From: the human T2T-CHM13v2.0 reference genome, Homo sapiens
NCBI RefSeq assembly: GCF_009914755.1
Contig: NC_060937.1
Strand: one strand, 5' to 3'
Length of the DNA stretch: 64,000 nucleotides
This document shows, one piece after another, positions 1 through 17,659 of this stretch. Within the stretch, counting starts at the first letter, position 1. Each line of letters opens with the position of its first letter. The notes beneath the pieces were generated by a model, which did not search any database, was not told the origin of the DNA, and saw only the letters and a list, made by a program, of their open reading frames with translations. The position numbers and the translations under genes were made by a program.

Positions 1-59
1 AAAGAAAAGAAAAGAAAAGAAAAGAAAAGAAAAGAAAAGAAAACCAGAAAAGAAATAAA
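1..59 (+). repeat. (AAAAG)n simple repeat, probably a decayed retroelement tail in the rDNA intergenic spacer
   Basis: About 8 perfect AAAAG units at the window start, then degenerate units. Confidence 0.9.
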
Positions 60-98
60 ATGAAAGAAAAGTCACTGTATCGCTACTGGGCTAGGACC

Positions 99-1094
<996 letters not shown>

Positions 1095-1110
1095 TGTCTC
1101 TCTCTTTCTT

Positions 1111-1141
<31 letters not shown>

Positions 1142-1881
1142 GCCTCTCTGTCTCTCTCTCTCCCTGTCTGTTTCTCTCCCTCTGTCTCTCTTGCTCTCTC
1201 TCTCTGTCTCTCTCTCTTGCTGTTTCTGTCTGTCTCTGTCTGTCTCTTTCTCTGTCTGTCTCTCTCTTTCTTTCTCTCTGTCTCTGTCTCCCTCTGCCTG
1301 TGTTTCTCACTGTGTCTGTCTTCTGTCTTACTCTCCTTCTCTGCCTGTCTGTTTGTCTCTCTCTCCCCCTCTCTTTGTTTCTCTCTCCCTCTCTATCTCT
1401 CACTCTCTCCATCTCTCTCTCTGTCTGTTTCTCTCTGTCTGTCTCCGTCTTTCTCTGTCTCTCTGTCTCTCTCTCTCTGTCACTCTCCCTCCCTGTCTGT
1501 CTGTTTCTCTCTCTTTCTCTGTCTCTGTCTCTCTCTTTCTCTTTCTCTCTGTCCATCTCTGTCTCTCTTTCTCTGCCTGTCTCTCTCACTGTGCCTGTCT
1601 TCTGTCTTACTCTCTTTCTCTGCCTGTCTGTCTGTCTCTCTCTCTCCCTCCCTTTCTCTCTCTCTCTCTCTATCTCTCTCTCTTTCTGTTTCTCTGTGTC
1701 TCTCTCTGTCTGTCTCTGTGTGTCTGTCTGTTTCTCTCTCTTTCTCTGTCTCTCTCTCTCTTTCTGTTTGTTTCTATCTGTCTCTCTCTCTCTCTGTCTC
1801 TCTCCCTCCCTGTCTGTCTGTTTCTCTCTGTCTCTCTCTGTCCATCTCTGTCTTTCTATGTCTGTCTCTCTGTCAGTCTGT
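1095..1881 (+). repeat. Polypyrimidine (CT/CTGT)n tract of the rDNA IGS
   Basis: Continuous TC/TCTG low-complexity sequence. Confidence 0.95.
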
Positions 1882-2132
1882 CAGAGCCCTTTTGCCGGGG
1901 AGGGCCCTGCCCCTTCCACGAAAGTGAGAAGCGCCTGCTTAGAGAGGCAGAGAGGAATCTAGACAGACGGTCCTTGCTAGGCTTCGCCACTCGGTGTATG
2001 ATTTTGGGAGGTCGAGGCCGGGTCCCCACTTGGATGGAAGGGGCATTTTCAAACGTTTCTCCCTGTCATGTGTGGCGTCCCTACTTCTCGTATTTCCCTG
2101 AGAAGCTCCTCGACTTAAAAATACATGGTTAA

Positions 2133-2461
<329 letters not shown>

Positions 2462-3590
2462 GCATTCTTTTACCTGCTGACTGACACTTGCAGGCATCGG
2501 TTGTCTTTGGGTGTCACCTAGCGGCCACTGTTATTGAAAGTCGAGGTGACATGGAGAGAGGTCTGGCCGACTTCACCGAGCCTGGGGCAACCGGTTTCTC
2601 TCTCTCCCTTCTGGAGACCCCTCCCTCTCTTCCTTGTTGCCTAGGGAACCTCCGCCCTGGCAGGGGCCCTATTGTTCTTTGATCAGCGCTTTAGTTTTCT
2701 TTCTGTTTTGGTTTCTTTCATGTGCATAGACTCTTCTACTTGGGTTTTAGGAGGGGTCCGTTTAATTTTCAAGTCCCGCCCCGGCTCCCCCCACTACCCA
2801 CGTCCCTTTATCTTCATTTAGTGAGTCAGTTAGGTGGGTTCCTCCCAAACCCCCCAACCCCGCCTGCCAACACCCTGCTTGGAAACCTTCCGGAGCCACC
2901 CCGGTGTGCCTCCGTCTTCTCTCCCCTTCCCCCACCGCTTGCCGGCGATCTCATTCTTGCCAGGCTGACATTTGCATCGGTGGGCGTCAGGCCTCACTCA
3001 GTGGCCACCATTTTTGAAGATGGGGGTGGCCCGGTCCTACTTCCCCAGAGGCAGCTTGGGCCGATGGCATAGCCCTTGACCCGCTTGGGCAAGCGGGCGG
3101 GTCTGCAGTTGTGGGGTTTTTGCCCCGCTTCCCTCCTCAGGCCTCCCTCCCTAGGAAAGCTTCACCCCGGCTGGGTCTCTATCACCTTTTATCATGATGT
3201 TTTAGTTTCTCAGCCCTCAGTCCAGCATAGTTTCACAGTGGGAATGACGTCACAGCTCTAGTCTGGGCCTTCTTAGTATTAGCCCAAAATAGAAATGCTT
3301 TCTGAAAACTAATACTTTGCTCACTTAAGATTTCCAGGGACAGTGCCTTGGTCTGTGTTTGTTGGCTTGTTTTGTTTTGTTCGTGTTTTTCCTTTTTCTT
3401 ATGTATTTCTTTTTAGACGAAGTAGAAATCCCCAGTTTTCAGGAAGACGTATATTTTGCCCAAGACATGTTAGCTGCGGTTTTCTCCTGTTGTTAACTAA
3501 CGATTTTGTGAATCTCTGAACGTATAGTGAGAGCCGGTTGATGTTTACTAGACTTCAGAACATCTTATGTTCTAGAAATCCGTAAGCGAT

Positions 3591-3642
3591 TGCTGCTGCT
3601 GCTCTTGCTGCTGCTGCTGCTCTTGCTGCTGTTGTTGTTGTT
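3591..3642 (+). repeat. Compound (TGC)n/(TGT)n trinucleotide repeat
   Basis: TGCTGCTGC runs interrupted by TCT, followed by GTTGTTGTT. Confidence 0.85.
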
Positions 3643-3716
3643 TTCAAAGCACACCCCGGCCACCGTTTATGGGATCAAAAGCGTTATAAAATATGTGTAA
3701 TTATTTCCTGAGCATG

Positions 3717-4839
3717 CCCTTCCTCCTCCTCTCTCTGTCTCTCTCTCTCTCTTTATCTGTCTTCTATCTTTCTCTGTCTCTCTCTCTTTGCCTATTTCTC
3801 TCTCTCTCTGCCTGTCTCTCTCACTGTGTCTGTCTTCTCTCTTACTCCCTTTCTCTGTCTGTCTGTCTCTCTCTCTCTCTCCCTGTCTGTCTGTCTGTTT
3901 CTCTCTGTCTCTGTCTCTTTCTCTGTCTCTCTCTCTTTCTGTTTCTCTCTGTCCATCTCTGTCTTTCTCTGTCTGTCTCTCAGTCTGTCTCTTTCTTTCT
4001 CTGTCTCTCTGTCTCTGTGTGTCTCTCTCTCTGCCTGTCTCTCTCACTGTGTCTGTCTTCTGTCTTACTCTTTTTCTGCCGGTCTGTCTCTCTCTTTCTC
4101 TCTCTCTCTGTCTCTCTCTATTTGTTTCTCTCTGTCTCTCTCTGTCCATCTCTGTCTTTCTCTGTCTCTTTGTCTGTCTGTCTGTATCTCTCTTTCTCTC
4201 TCTCGCTGTCTCTGTCTCTCTCTCTGCCTGTCTGTCTGTAGGTCTCTCTCTCTCTCCCTGTCTGTCTGTTTTTTTCTCTCTCTCTTTGCCTGTCTGTTTC
4301 TGTCTCTGTCTCTCTGTCTGTCTCTCTCCGCCTGTCTCTCTGTGTGTCTGTCTTCTGTCTTACTGTCTTTCTCTGCCTGTCTGTCTCTCTCTCTCCTTGC
4401 CTGTTTCTCTCTCTCTCTGTCTCTGTTTCTCTCTGTCTCCCTCTGTCTGTCTCTGTCTTTCTCTCTCTGTCTCTTTCTCTCTGTCTATCTCTCTCTTTCT
4501 TTCTCTCTGTCTGTCCATCTGTCTCTGTCTCTCTCTGTGTGTGTGTTTCTGCCTTCTGTCTTACTCTCTTTCTCTGACTGTCTGCCTGCCTGTCTGTCTG
4601 TCTCTCTCTGTATGTCTCTCTCTCTTTCTGTCTCTGTCTCTTTCTGTTTCTTTCTGTCTCTGTCCATCTCTGTCTTTCTCTGTCTGTGTCTTTACCTGTC
4701 TGTCTCTCTCTTTCTGTCTTTCTCTCTTTGTGTATCTTTGTGTCTCTCTGTCTGTCTCTCTCTGTCTCTGTCTTTGTCTCTGTATCTCTCTCTCTCGCCC
4801 GCTCTCTGGCTCTCGCTATCTCCCGCCCTCTCTTTCTTT
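3717..4839 (+). repeat. Polypyrimidine (CT/CTGT)n tract of the rDNA IGS
   Basis: About 1.1 kb of TC/TCTG repeats. Confidence 0.95.
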
Positions 4840-6114
4840 GCAAAATAAGTTCAAGTACATCTAATCTAATCCATTACCACGACCTGAATTCTTAACATTA
4901 GACATCCCAGATTTGATCTCCCTACAGAATGCTGTACAGAACTGGCGAGTTGATTTCTGGACTTGGATACCTCATAGATACTACATATTAATAAAGATCC
5001 AACCATAAAATCTGGGGTTGCATCTCCCTCGACTGTCTCAAAAAATCATACCTCTGTTCACCTAGGATGCTGGGAGGTTTTTCTTAATGTGCATCTGCTC
5101 GTGTTCTACATGAACTGTGACAGAGCCCAGTCTGTTCTGTCTCAAATATGTATCTGCAAACACGTCTCTCCATTTCCACAACTACCCATGGCCCCTTGTG
5201 GAACCACTGGCTCTTTGAAAAAAAATCCCAGAAGTGGCTTTGACTTTTTGGCTAGGAGGCGTAAACCTGCTGAGAACTTTCCTGCCCAGGATTCTGTGTG
5301 AACAAAAGTGCCTCTGCTGGGAGCTGGGATCCTCGGGACCATGCTTGCTATCGTTGGATGAGTCTCTGGAAGGACGCATGGGACTCCGAAAAGCTGACCT
5401 GTCCCACCGAGGACAAATGGATACCTCTGCATTGGCCCGAGGCCTCCAACGTACATCACCATCACCAACCGTCACCGTCAGCATCCTTGTGAGCCTGCCC
5501 AAGGCCCCGACTCCGGGGAGACTCTTGGGAGCCCGGCCTTCATAGGCTAAAGTAGAAAGGGATTGCGACTTCCACCCACAAGGTCCCCACTGAACTGCGA
5601 AGATGTGGAGCGTAGGTCAGAGAGGGGACCAGGAGGTAAGATGTCCTGACAGGCGATGAGTTAACTAGGCTCTGGCCACCCCACTCACGTCCCACGTCCC
5701 GGGAACCCGCGGAACACTGCCGCTTTATCCCCTCCTCTGTCCACAGCCGCCCCCACCCCACCCCGCAACCCACGCATACACACTGGAGGTTACAAAACCA
5801 CAGGGTGTGAATAGAGCCTGACGGAGCAAGAGCTCATTTCATGAGGCGGGATGGGTGGGTTGGGGTGGGGGTTGGGGGTTCTGTAGAGAGCCCGATTCTC
5901 CCTCGTGGGTGGCTACAGGACACAAATGAATATCGCTTCTTGGGCGGAGGGGCTTCCTTAGGCCGTCACGTTTGCGGGACTATCTCTCAAACCCTTCCTT
6001 GAGGCCACAAAATAGATTCCACCCCACCCCTCGACGTTTCCCTGGGTGCTGGATGTATCCTGTCAAGAGACCTGAGTCTGACACATTGAGTGAAACACCT
6101 TTATTGGCTTTGTG

Positions 6115-6284
<170 letters not shown>

Positions 6285-6356
6285 TGTTTCATTGGTTTTC
6301 ACTGGAGATTCCAGATTCGAGTCACACCTCATTGTGTGCCACATAATGACTTCTTT

Positions 6357-10126
<3,770 letters not shown>

Positions 10127-10638
10127 CAGAATGACTTCTTTACCCTGCAGACTCTGGAAAGCCCGTCCCCTTGTTATCCATTGCAAAGCGAGAGTCACCT
10201 CATGTTTGGAAAATGGATTTGCTCCCAAGTTCTGTGGAGGAATGTGGCATGTAGGACGAAGGACTCTCTTCCTTCTGATTCAGTCTGCACAGTGGGGCCT
10301 AGGGCTGGAGCTCTCTCCATGCGGACCACAGACTCCCTCTACCTTGGGTTCCATCGACCCCACCCTGGGACACAGGCCTTGGCAGATTCTGGCCCTTCCT
10401 GGCCCTTAAGTTGCGTCAGAAACCCCATCTCGTGCTCGGATGCCCCGAATGACTGCGGCTCGCGCCTCTCTGGAAACATTGGAAATCACCTGAAACCACA
10501 GGAGCTCGGGACACACGGCCGCCATCCACCTCACTGCTTTCGGGAGAGAATGCTGAGAGTCTTTTACCGACTCTCTCTTGACTTGAGTTCTTCATGGGTG
10601 TGTGGTTAACACGTAGTGAGACCAGATGTATTTACTCA

Positions 10639-10805
10639 GGCCGGGTGATGGTGGCTCACGCCTGTAACCCCAACACTTTGGGAGGCCGAGGCCGTAGGAT
10701 CCCTTGAGGAATCGCCTAACCCTGGGGAGTTTGAGGCTGCAATGAGTGAGCCATAATGGTGTCAGTGCACTCCAGTCTGGGTGAAAGACAGAGTGAGGCC
10801 CTGTC
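10639..10805 (+). mobile_element. Internally deleted old Alu (start of left arm fused to end of right arm)
   Basis: GGCCGGGTGATGGTGGCTCACGCCTGTAA...GAGGCCGAGG, then GAGGCTGCAATGAG...TGCACTCCAGTCTGGGTGA. Confidence 0.8.
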
Positions 10806-10806
<1 letters not shown>

Positions 10807-10845
<39 letters not shown>

Positions 10846-10852
10846 ACAGACA
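10807..10852 (+). repeat. (AGGC)n/(AGAC)n tetranucleotide repeat
   Basis: About 9 AGGC units followed by AGAC units. Confidence 0.9.
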
Positions 10853-10911
10853 ACAGTTGTATTATGTTCTTCTCAGGGTAGGAAGTAAAAATAACAGAAT
10901 ACAGGGCTTAA

Positions 10912-11541
<630 letters not shown>

Positions 11542-11580
11542 TATTTATCTATTTATTAATTTTGAGTCCAGGTTATGAAA

Positions 11581-11706
11581 CCAGTTAGTTTTTGTATTTT
11601 TTTAGAGACGAGGTTTCACCAGGTTGCCAAGGCTTGGATCGAGGGATCCACCTTCCCTCACCTCCCAAAGTGCAGGGATGACAGGCGTGAGCGTACCACG
11701 CCCGGC
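11581..11706 (-). mobile_element. Alu left-arm fragment
   Basis: TTTTGTATTTTTTTAGAGACGAGGTTTCACC...CCTCCCAAAGTGC...CCACGCCCGGC. Confidence 0.8.
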
Positions 11707-11736
11707 TCCCCCCCTTCCCCCACCATCTTATCATTC

Positions 11737-13723
11737 AGGTGCCAGAGGCCGAGCTGTGGTGTGTGGTTCCCACCCCCAGCTCCCCCTCCTCCATTCACCA
11801 CCGTGATGTCCGAGAGTGGGTCCTGGGGGAGCTCGTTGGTGTGGGGGTCGAGGGGGTTGAGTGAGACGCGCCCCTCCCACGCAGGGAAGGGCGCCGCCTG
11901 GTCTGGCAAGTGCAGGTCCCGTGCTCCCCTCTGGCGTGTGCGCGCGGGTCGTGTGAGCGAGCGCGGTGGGTTCGGGCAGGTGACGCATGCGCTGGCCGGC
12001 CACCGAGGGGCTACCGTTCTGCCTCCGACAGGTTGTGTGTGGGATTACTTGGGGGTGCTTTGCCTGGGAGAAAGGAGGCAGGTGGACGGGGGGGCACTTG
12101 GGGGATTGCACCCACGTACAGTGGCCAGGCCCCCCGCCCAGACCGCGAAGGCTCAAAGTTGCCGCACGCAGATTTTTCCTGGTACCACGGGCCCCCTCAC
12201 TTCCCCAGGCATCCCTGAGTGCCTCTGCGGGCCCGACGAGGGGTGATTGGCGGGTGGGGAGTGTGACCCACCCTCGGTGAGAAAGCCTTCTCTAGCGATC
12301 CGACAGGTGTGCCTTTGGGGTACCGGATTCCCCTGCCTGCCGCCTCTCTCTGCGTTATGGTAGCGCTGCCATAGTGACTCGCTTGCAGGGGACCCTCCTC
12401 CGCTTCCCCCTCGATGGGGTGAGGTGGGGAGAGCGAGGGTTCCCCTGGCCTCAGCGGTGGGGATGGAGGGCGGCTCGTCACCTACTGTGTGGCCCGCGCC
12501 TCCCCCTTCCGAGTCGGGGGAGGATCCCGCCAGGCCGGGCCTGCGTCCTAGCGGTTGGGAGGCTGCGCGAGCGGTGGCTGTGCCCGGCGTTCCGTCCGGC
12601 ACGTGACCCGCTCCCCTGAGGAGCAGCGACCGGTGCCGACGACCGCGTTTGCATGGCAGGGCATTGGGCCTCCTGGCCATGGGAAGTGTCCCAAGTGGGG
12701 GGCGCGCTGGTCTCCCAGAGCTTGACCGTGTCGGAGGATGGACGAGAAACACGCAACGTGGCCCTGGCTTTGGGTTTGTGGCTGCAGTCGCTTCTGGGTC
12801 CCGATGGCAGGACCCGGGCTCGTGAGGCGGATCTCGGTGGGTGCCGAGGGCCATCTGGCATCCTAGGCGGGGCGCCACGGGACCTTCCTAGTGTCTGTGG
12901 CGGTGGGATCCCGTGGCCATGTTTTCCTGGTGGTCCGGCCGTGCCTGAGGTTTCTGCCCAAGCCGCACCTCTGAGGGCTCCCGGGTGCCCTTGCCCTTGC
13001 GGTCCCTGGCCTTGCCTGTCTGTGCCCCCCTCCCCGCCCGCGGATCCTCTCTCCCCGAGCAGCTTGCTGGCTTAGGCTGTGGTGGCCCCGTCTGGGACCA
13101 AACCCTGCTCCGCCTTGTGTGGCACCGCCACCGGCCACTGGTTGGCCCATTGTCCATGTCCCTGGGCGCGCGCCTTCGGGACCAGGTCAGCGGTGCCCCG
13201 CATGGGCCTGGTGGGCGCCCGGAGGGTTTGGGGTCGGCCTGCAGCGCACGCAGGGAAGAGGGTTCCGGGCGCTGGCTGCGATGGCGGTGGCGGTGTGGGA
13301 GCCGCGGGCCCGCCGAAGGCCAGTCGGCCGCTCCAGGTGACGCGCGGGGCCGCCTTGGTGCTTGGAGGCCGCTGGCGTTGAGACCCCGGGCACTGCGGTC
13401 CACCTCTCGTTTGCTGCCCAAACGTCGGGGCCGCCCTGCGCCTGCCACGCGCGAGTGGCCGCCGGTCCCTCACGGCTGCTGCTCACGGGTCGGGCGGTCT
13501 GCCTCCTCGCACGTGGGCGCGAAGGGTCGGGAGTGGTGAGCCCATCGTGGGGTGATGTGTACTGTGGGTGTATGGGATTTCTGGTTCGCCGCTCCACCAC
13601 CCCCCTCCCACCGCCCCGAGCTGCTCCATCCCTCCCACACGCCCGGTCGCCCGCCCTGCCGCCCCATCCTCGTGACTGGGACTCCGGGCTCATCCTTGCG
13701 AGGCCCGGAGGCCGCTTTCTACT
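11737..13723 (+). pseudogene. Partial 45S 5' external transcribed spacer (5'-truncated, with a probable internal deletion)
   Basis: GC-rich sequence recognisable as human 5'ETS, including GAGAAAGCCTTCTCTAGCGATC (A0 cleavage region) at ~12279-12300, ending at the 18S 5' end. Many CpG>TpG/CpA changes. Confidence 0.9.
12840..12954 (+). ncRNA. MIR663-family-like sequence within the 5'ETS (diverged; expression not inferable)
   Basis: AGGCGGGGCGCCACGGGACC resembles miR-663a and GGTGGTCCGGCCGTGCCTGAGG resembles miR-663b, each with mismatches. Confidence 0.6.
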
Positions 13724-15592
13724 TACGTGGTTGATCCTACCAGTACCATATGCTTGTCTCAAAGATTAAGCCATACATGTCTAAGTACACAGGGCCGGTA
13801 CAGTGAAATTGCGAATGGCTCATTAAATCAGTTAGGGTTCTTTTGGTCACTCTCTCCTCTCCTACTTGCAAAACTGTGGTAATTATAGAGCTAATACATG
13901 CCGAAGGGCACTGATCCCCTTCGCGGGGAAGATGCGTGCATTTATCAGATCAAAACCAACCCGGTCAGCCCCTCTTCAGCCCAGGCCGGGGGAGGGGTTC
14001 GGGTGCCACTGGCTTTGGTGACTCTAGATAGCCTTGGGCTAATCGCACGCCCCCCGTGGCAGGGACGACCCATTCGAACGTCTGCCCTATCAACTTTCAA
14101 TGGTAGTTGCTGTGCCTACCATGGTGACCATGGGAGACGGGGAATCAGAGTTCGATTCTGGAGAGGGAGCCTGAGAAATGGCTACCACATTCAAGGAAGG
14201 CAACAGGCATGCAAATTACCCACTCCCGACCCGAAGAGGTAGTGACGAAAAATAACAATACAGGACTCTTTTGAGGTCCTGTAATTGGAATGAGTCCACT
14301 TTAAATCCTTTAATGAGGATCCATTGGAGGGCAAATCTAGTGCCAGCAGCCGCGGTAATTCCAGCTCCAATAGCGTATATTAAAGTTGCTGCAGTTAAAA
14401 AGCTCGTAGTTGGATCTTGGGAGCGGGCGGGCGGTCTGCCACGAGGCGAGCCACCACCCATCCCCGCCCCTTGCCTCTTGGCGCCCCCCTGATGCTCTTA
14501 GCTGAGTGTCCTGCAGCCCGAAGCGTTTACTTTGAAAAAATTAGAGTGTTCAAAGCAGGTCCGAGCCGCCTGGATACCTCAGCTAGGAATAATGGAATAG
14601 GACCGCGGTTCTATTCTGTTGGTTTTCGGAACTGAGGCCATGATTAAGAGGGACGGGCGGGGGCATTCGTATTGCGCCGCTAGAGGTGAAATTCTTGGAC
14701 CGGCGCAGTTCGGACCAGAGTGAAAGCATTTGCCAAGAATGTTTTCATTAATCAAGAACGAAAGTCGGAGGTTCGAAGACGATCAGTTACAGTCATAGTT
14801 CCGACCATAAACGATGCCAACTGGCGATGTGGTGGCGTTATTCCCATGACCCGCTGGGCAGCTTCCAAGAAACCAAAGTCTTTGGGTTTTTAGGTTCCGG
14901 GGGGAGTATGGTTGCAAAGCTGAAACTTAAAGGAATTGGTGGAAGGGACCAGCAGGAGTGGCGCCTATGGCTTAATTTGACTCAACATGGGAAAAATCAC
15001 CCGGCCGGACATGGACAGGATTGACAGATTGATAGCTCTTTCTCTGTTCCATGGGTGGTGGTGCACGGCCTTAGTTGGTGGAGTGATTTGTCTGGTTAAT
15101 TCCGATAACCAACGAGACTCTGGCATGCTAACTAGTTACGCGACCCCTGAGCGGTCGGCGTCCCCCAACTTCTTAGAAGGACAAGTGGCGTTCAGCCACC
15201 GGAAATTGAGCAATAACAGGTCTGTGATGCCCTTAGATGTACGGGGCTGCACGTGCACTACACTGACTGGCTCAGCGTGTGCCTACCCTATGTGGCAGAG
15301 GCGGGTAACCTGTTGAACCCCATTCGTGATGGGGATGGGGGATTGCAATTATTCCCCATGAAGGAGGAATTTCCAGTAAGTGTGGGTCATAAGCTTACCT
15401 GAAGTCCCTGCCCTATGTACACACTGCCCGTCGCTACTACTGATAGGATGGTTTAGTGAGGCCCTTGGATGGGCCCCGCCAGGTCAGCCCACTGCCCTGG
15501 CAGAGCACTGAGAAGACAGGCGAACTTGACTATCTAGAGGAAGTAAAAGTCCTAACAAAGTTTCGGTAGGTGAACCTGCTGAGGGATCATTA
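13724..15592 (+). pseudogene. RNA18SP: 18S rRNA pseudogene, full length (1869 nt)
   Basis: Starts TACGTGGTTGATCCTACCAGT and ends GGATCATTA. GTGCCAGCAGCCGCGGTAA is intact, but universally conserved motifs are changed (GTCCTAACAAAG for GTCGTAACAAGG; ACACTGCCCGTC for ACACCGCCCGTC), with small indels near 14885, 15070 and 15400. Confidence 0.95.
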
Positions 15593-16649
15593 ACTGAGAA
15601 GAGCGAAGCCGCGGGGGTGAAGCCGCGGCAGTGCCGCCGCATCCTTCCTCCTTGGCAGACCATGTTCCCCGTGCGGCGCGTGTGTGGGCGGGGTTGTGCC
15701 CTTTGTTTGTTGCACGGCCCCGCCTGCCCCGAGAGCCGGAGAACTCGGGAGGGAGAGGGGGGAGAGAGAGACACGCGTGCGGGGACGAAACCATGTGTGC
15801 GTATCATGGGGCGGGCTGGATGCCTTGCTGGCCTGGTGAGCAGCGGGGAGCGGCCCCCTGCCGTGGCCCCCAAGTGTGTGTCGGCGGGTGCGGGAATGGT
15901 TCTCGGTGTCCCGGTGGGGTGGGGGTCTCGGTGCCCTCCCCGCCAGAGCTGTCGTCCCGCCCTGTCCCACTGGCTCGGCCCCATCCCGCCGGCTCCCGTT
16001 GGGGCCGGCCGGGTTCCCATCGCTGCTGTGGCTGCCACCATCCTCGCCTCTGCCACACCATGCCACTGGGCCCGGCCTGGCCTGCTCACTCTCCCCAGCC
16101 TTCCCGCTAGGGCGTCTCGAGGGTAGGGGGCTGGACGCCTGTCCCCACCTCCTCGTCCGCCACCACCGTCCAGGTTCCTAGCGCGTTCTGGCGGGGAGGT
16201 TTACGAACCCCTTGGGGGGTCGCCCGTCTTCCCGTGGGTTGGGTGTGGTGGGCCTGCGGGGGAGTCTGTTCGGGAGGGGCCCGCCCCTCTCTCACCTCCC
16301 CCACCGACTCTGTCCCCTCAGCCGGCCGGGGCCGCGCCGCACTTGCGTGTCACCGCTGACACCAGTGGGGGCTTTACCGGCGGCCGTCGTGCCATTGCAC
16401 GTGTGCCGCGCGTGTGGCCTGTGCCTTGCACTGTGGGGGTGGGAATCCTTGGGCGCCCGTGGGGTGCTGTCAGCGTTCGCCCCCCCGTGGTCGGCACTGC
16501 CTCCCTGTGTTGTGAAACCTTCCGACCCCTCTCTGGAGTCTGGTCCCATTGCTGTCTGAATGGCCAGCCTGAGGTAAACCCTCTGGGGCACCTGTTGTGC
16601 CAGTAGAGCCTCCGGGTGTTGGGAGCACCCTTGCCAAATCCACCTTGTA
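15593..16649 (+). pseudogene. ITS1 (diverged)
   Basis: GC-rich spacer between the 18S 3' end and 5.8S, with the mammalian ITS1 motif TGTGAAACCTTCCGACCCCTCT. Confidence 0.9.
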
Positions 16650-16805
16650 TGACTTTTAGCGGTGGATCACTGGCCTTCTGCGTTGATGAAGAACGCAGCT
16701 AGCTGTGAGAACTAATGTGAATTGCAGGACACATTGATCATCAACACTTCGAACGCACTTGTGGCCTGGGTTCCTCCCAGGGCTATGCCTGTCTAAGCGT
16801 CGCTT
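16650..16805 (+). pseudogene. RNA5-8SP: 5.8S rRNA pseudogene
   Basis: TGACTTTTAGCGGTGGATCAC...GATGAAGAACGCAGC...GTGAATTGCAGGACAC...TTCGAACGCAC...GCGTCGCTT, with many CpG transitions. Confidence 0.95.
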
Positions 16806-17659
16806 GCTGATCAATAGTCACCGGGGGTGCCTCCGGGCTCCTTGGGGTGCACGGCTGGGGGTTCCGTCGCATGGCCTGCCGGGGCCCTCTGTCCCCCCAA
16901 GTGCAGACCGGTGACGTCCGCCCTCTTCTGCCGCCATGCCCACCCCTTCTCCCCCCCCCCACAGGCCCTGTGTGGTCAGGCATTGGGTGGCATGGGGAAG
17001 GGGGGCTCCCGGCTGTAAGGAAGAGAGAGAGTGCGGTGCTGCCACCCGCGAAAACAGAGAGGGAAGAGAGCTGACTGGGGCCGAGTTCCCGTGGCCACCA
17101 CCGCAGTCTGGGTTCCTCCCTCAGGGGCTCCCTCGTGCCTCACGCAGCTCATGGTGCAGGTTTCGTTGGCCCTGGTGGGGTGGAAGGTCCCGTGCCATCG
17201 TCGTCACGCATCGTGGGTAGTGTGGGTTTGTTGTGGGGGGAGGAAGGCAAGTAGGAAGGGTCCGCCGGAGAGAGGGTGGGGGAGCATGTCCCGGTCGCCC
17301 CGGTTCGCCGCCACCCCTGGTGGTTGCCCCGCAACCAGCCCACCGCTACTGCAGCGCCCCTCCTCCCCAACATCCCTCCAAGGCACAGTCCTCCTCGCCC
17401 GCGCGCCCCCCGCCTGCCCGGCGCGCATCGCTGTTGTGTCCGGGGCCGGAAGCCCGCCACGCGGCCCGTCTGGCAGCACTCGTGGCTGTGGTCCTGGGGT
17501 TTGCGTGCCCTTGGCAGTGACTCGCTGGATGCTGCAGTGTCGTCCGCCATCGTGAGCCCGCCTCCGGCTCTCAGCCGCCCAGTGCCTGGGGCCCGGTCTG
17601 TAGCTTCCACGTCTGGCCAGGGCGGCGCCGCTGTGTCCTCGGACCAGTCCCCCACCTCC
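16806..17659 (+). pseudogene. ITS2, 3'-truncated; no 28S follows
   Basis: GC-rich ITS2-like sequence ends abruptly at CCCCCACCTCC. The 28S start GACCTCAGATCAGACG is not seen. Confidence 0.88.

Noticed and set aside
13724-16805. Functional rRNA operon
   Set aside because: No Pol I promoter or 28S is present, conserved core positions are mutated, and CpG decay is extensive.
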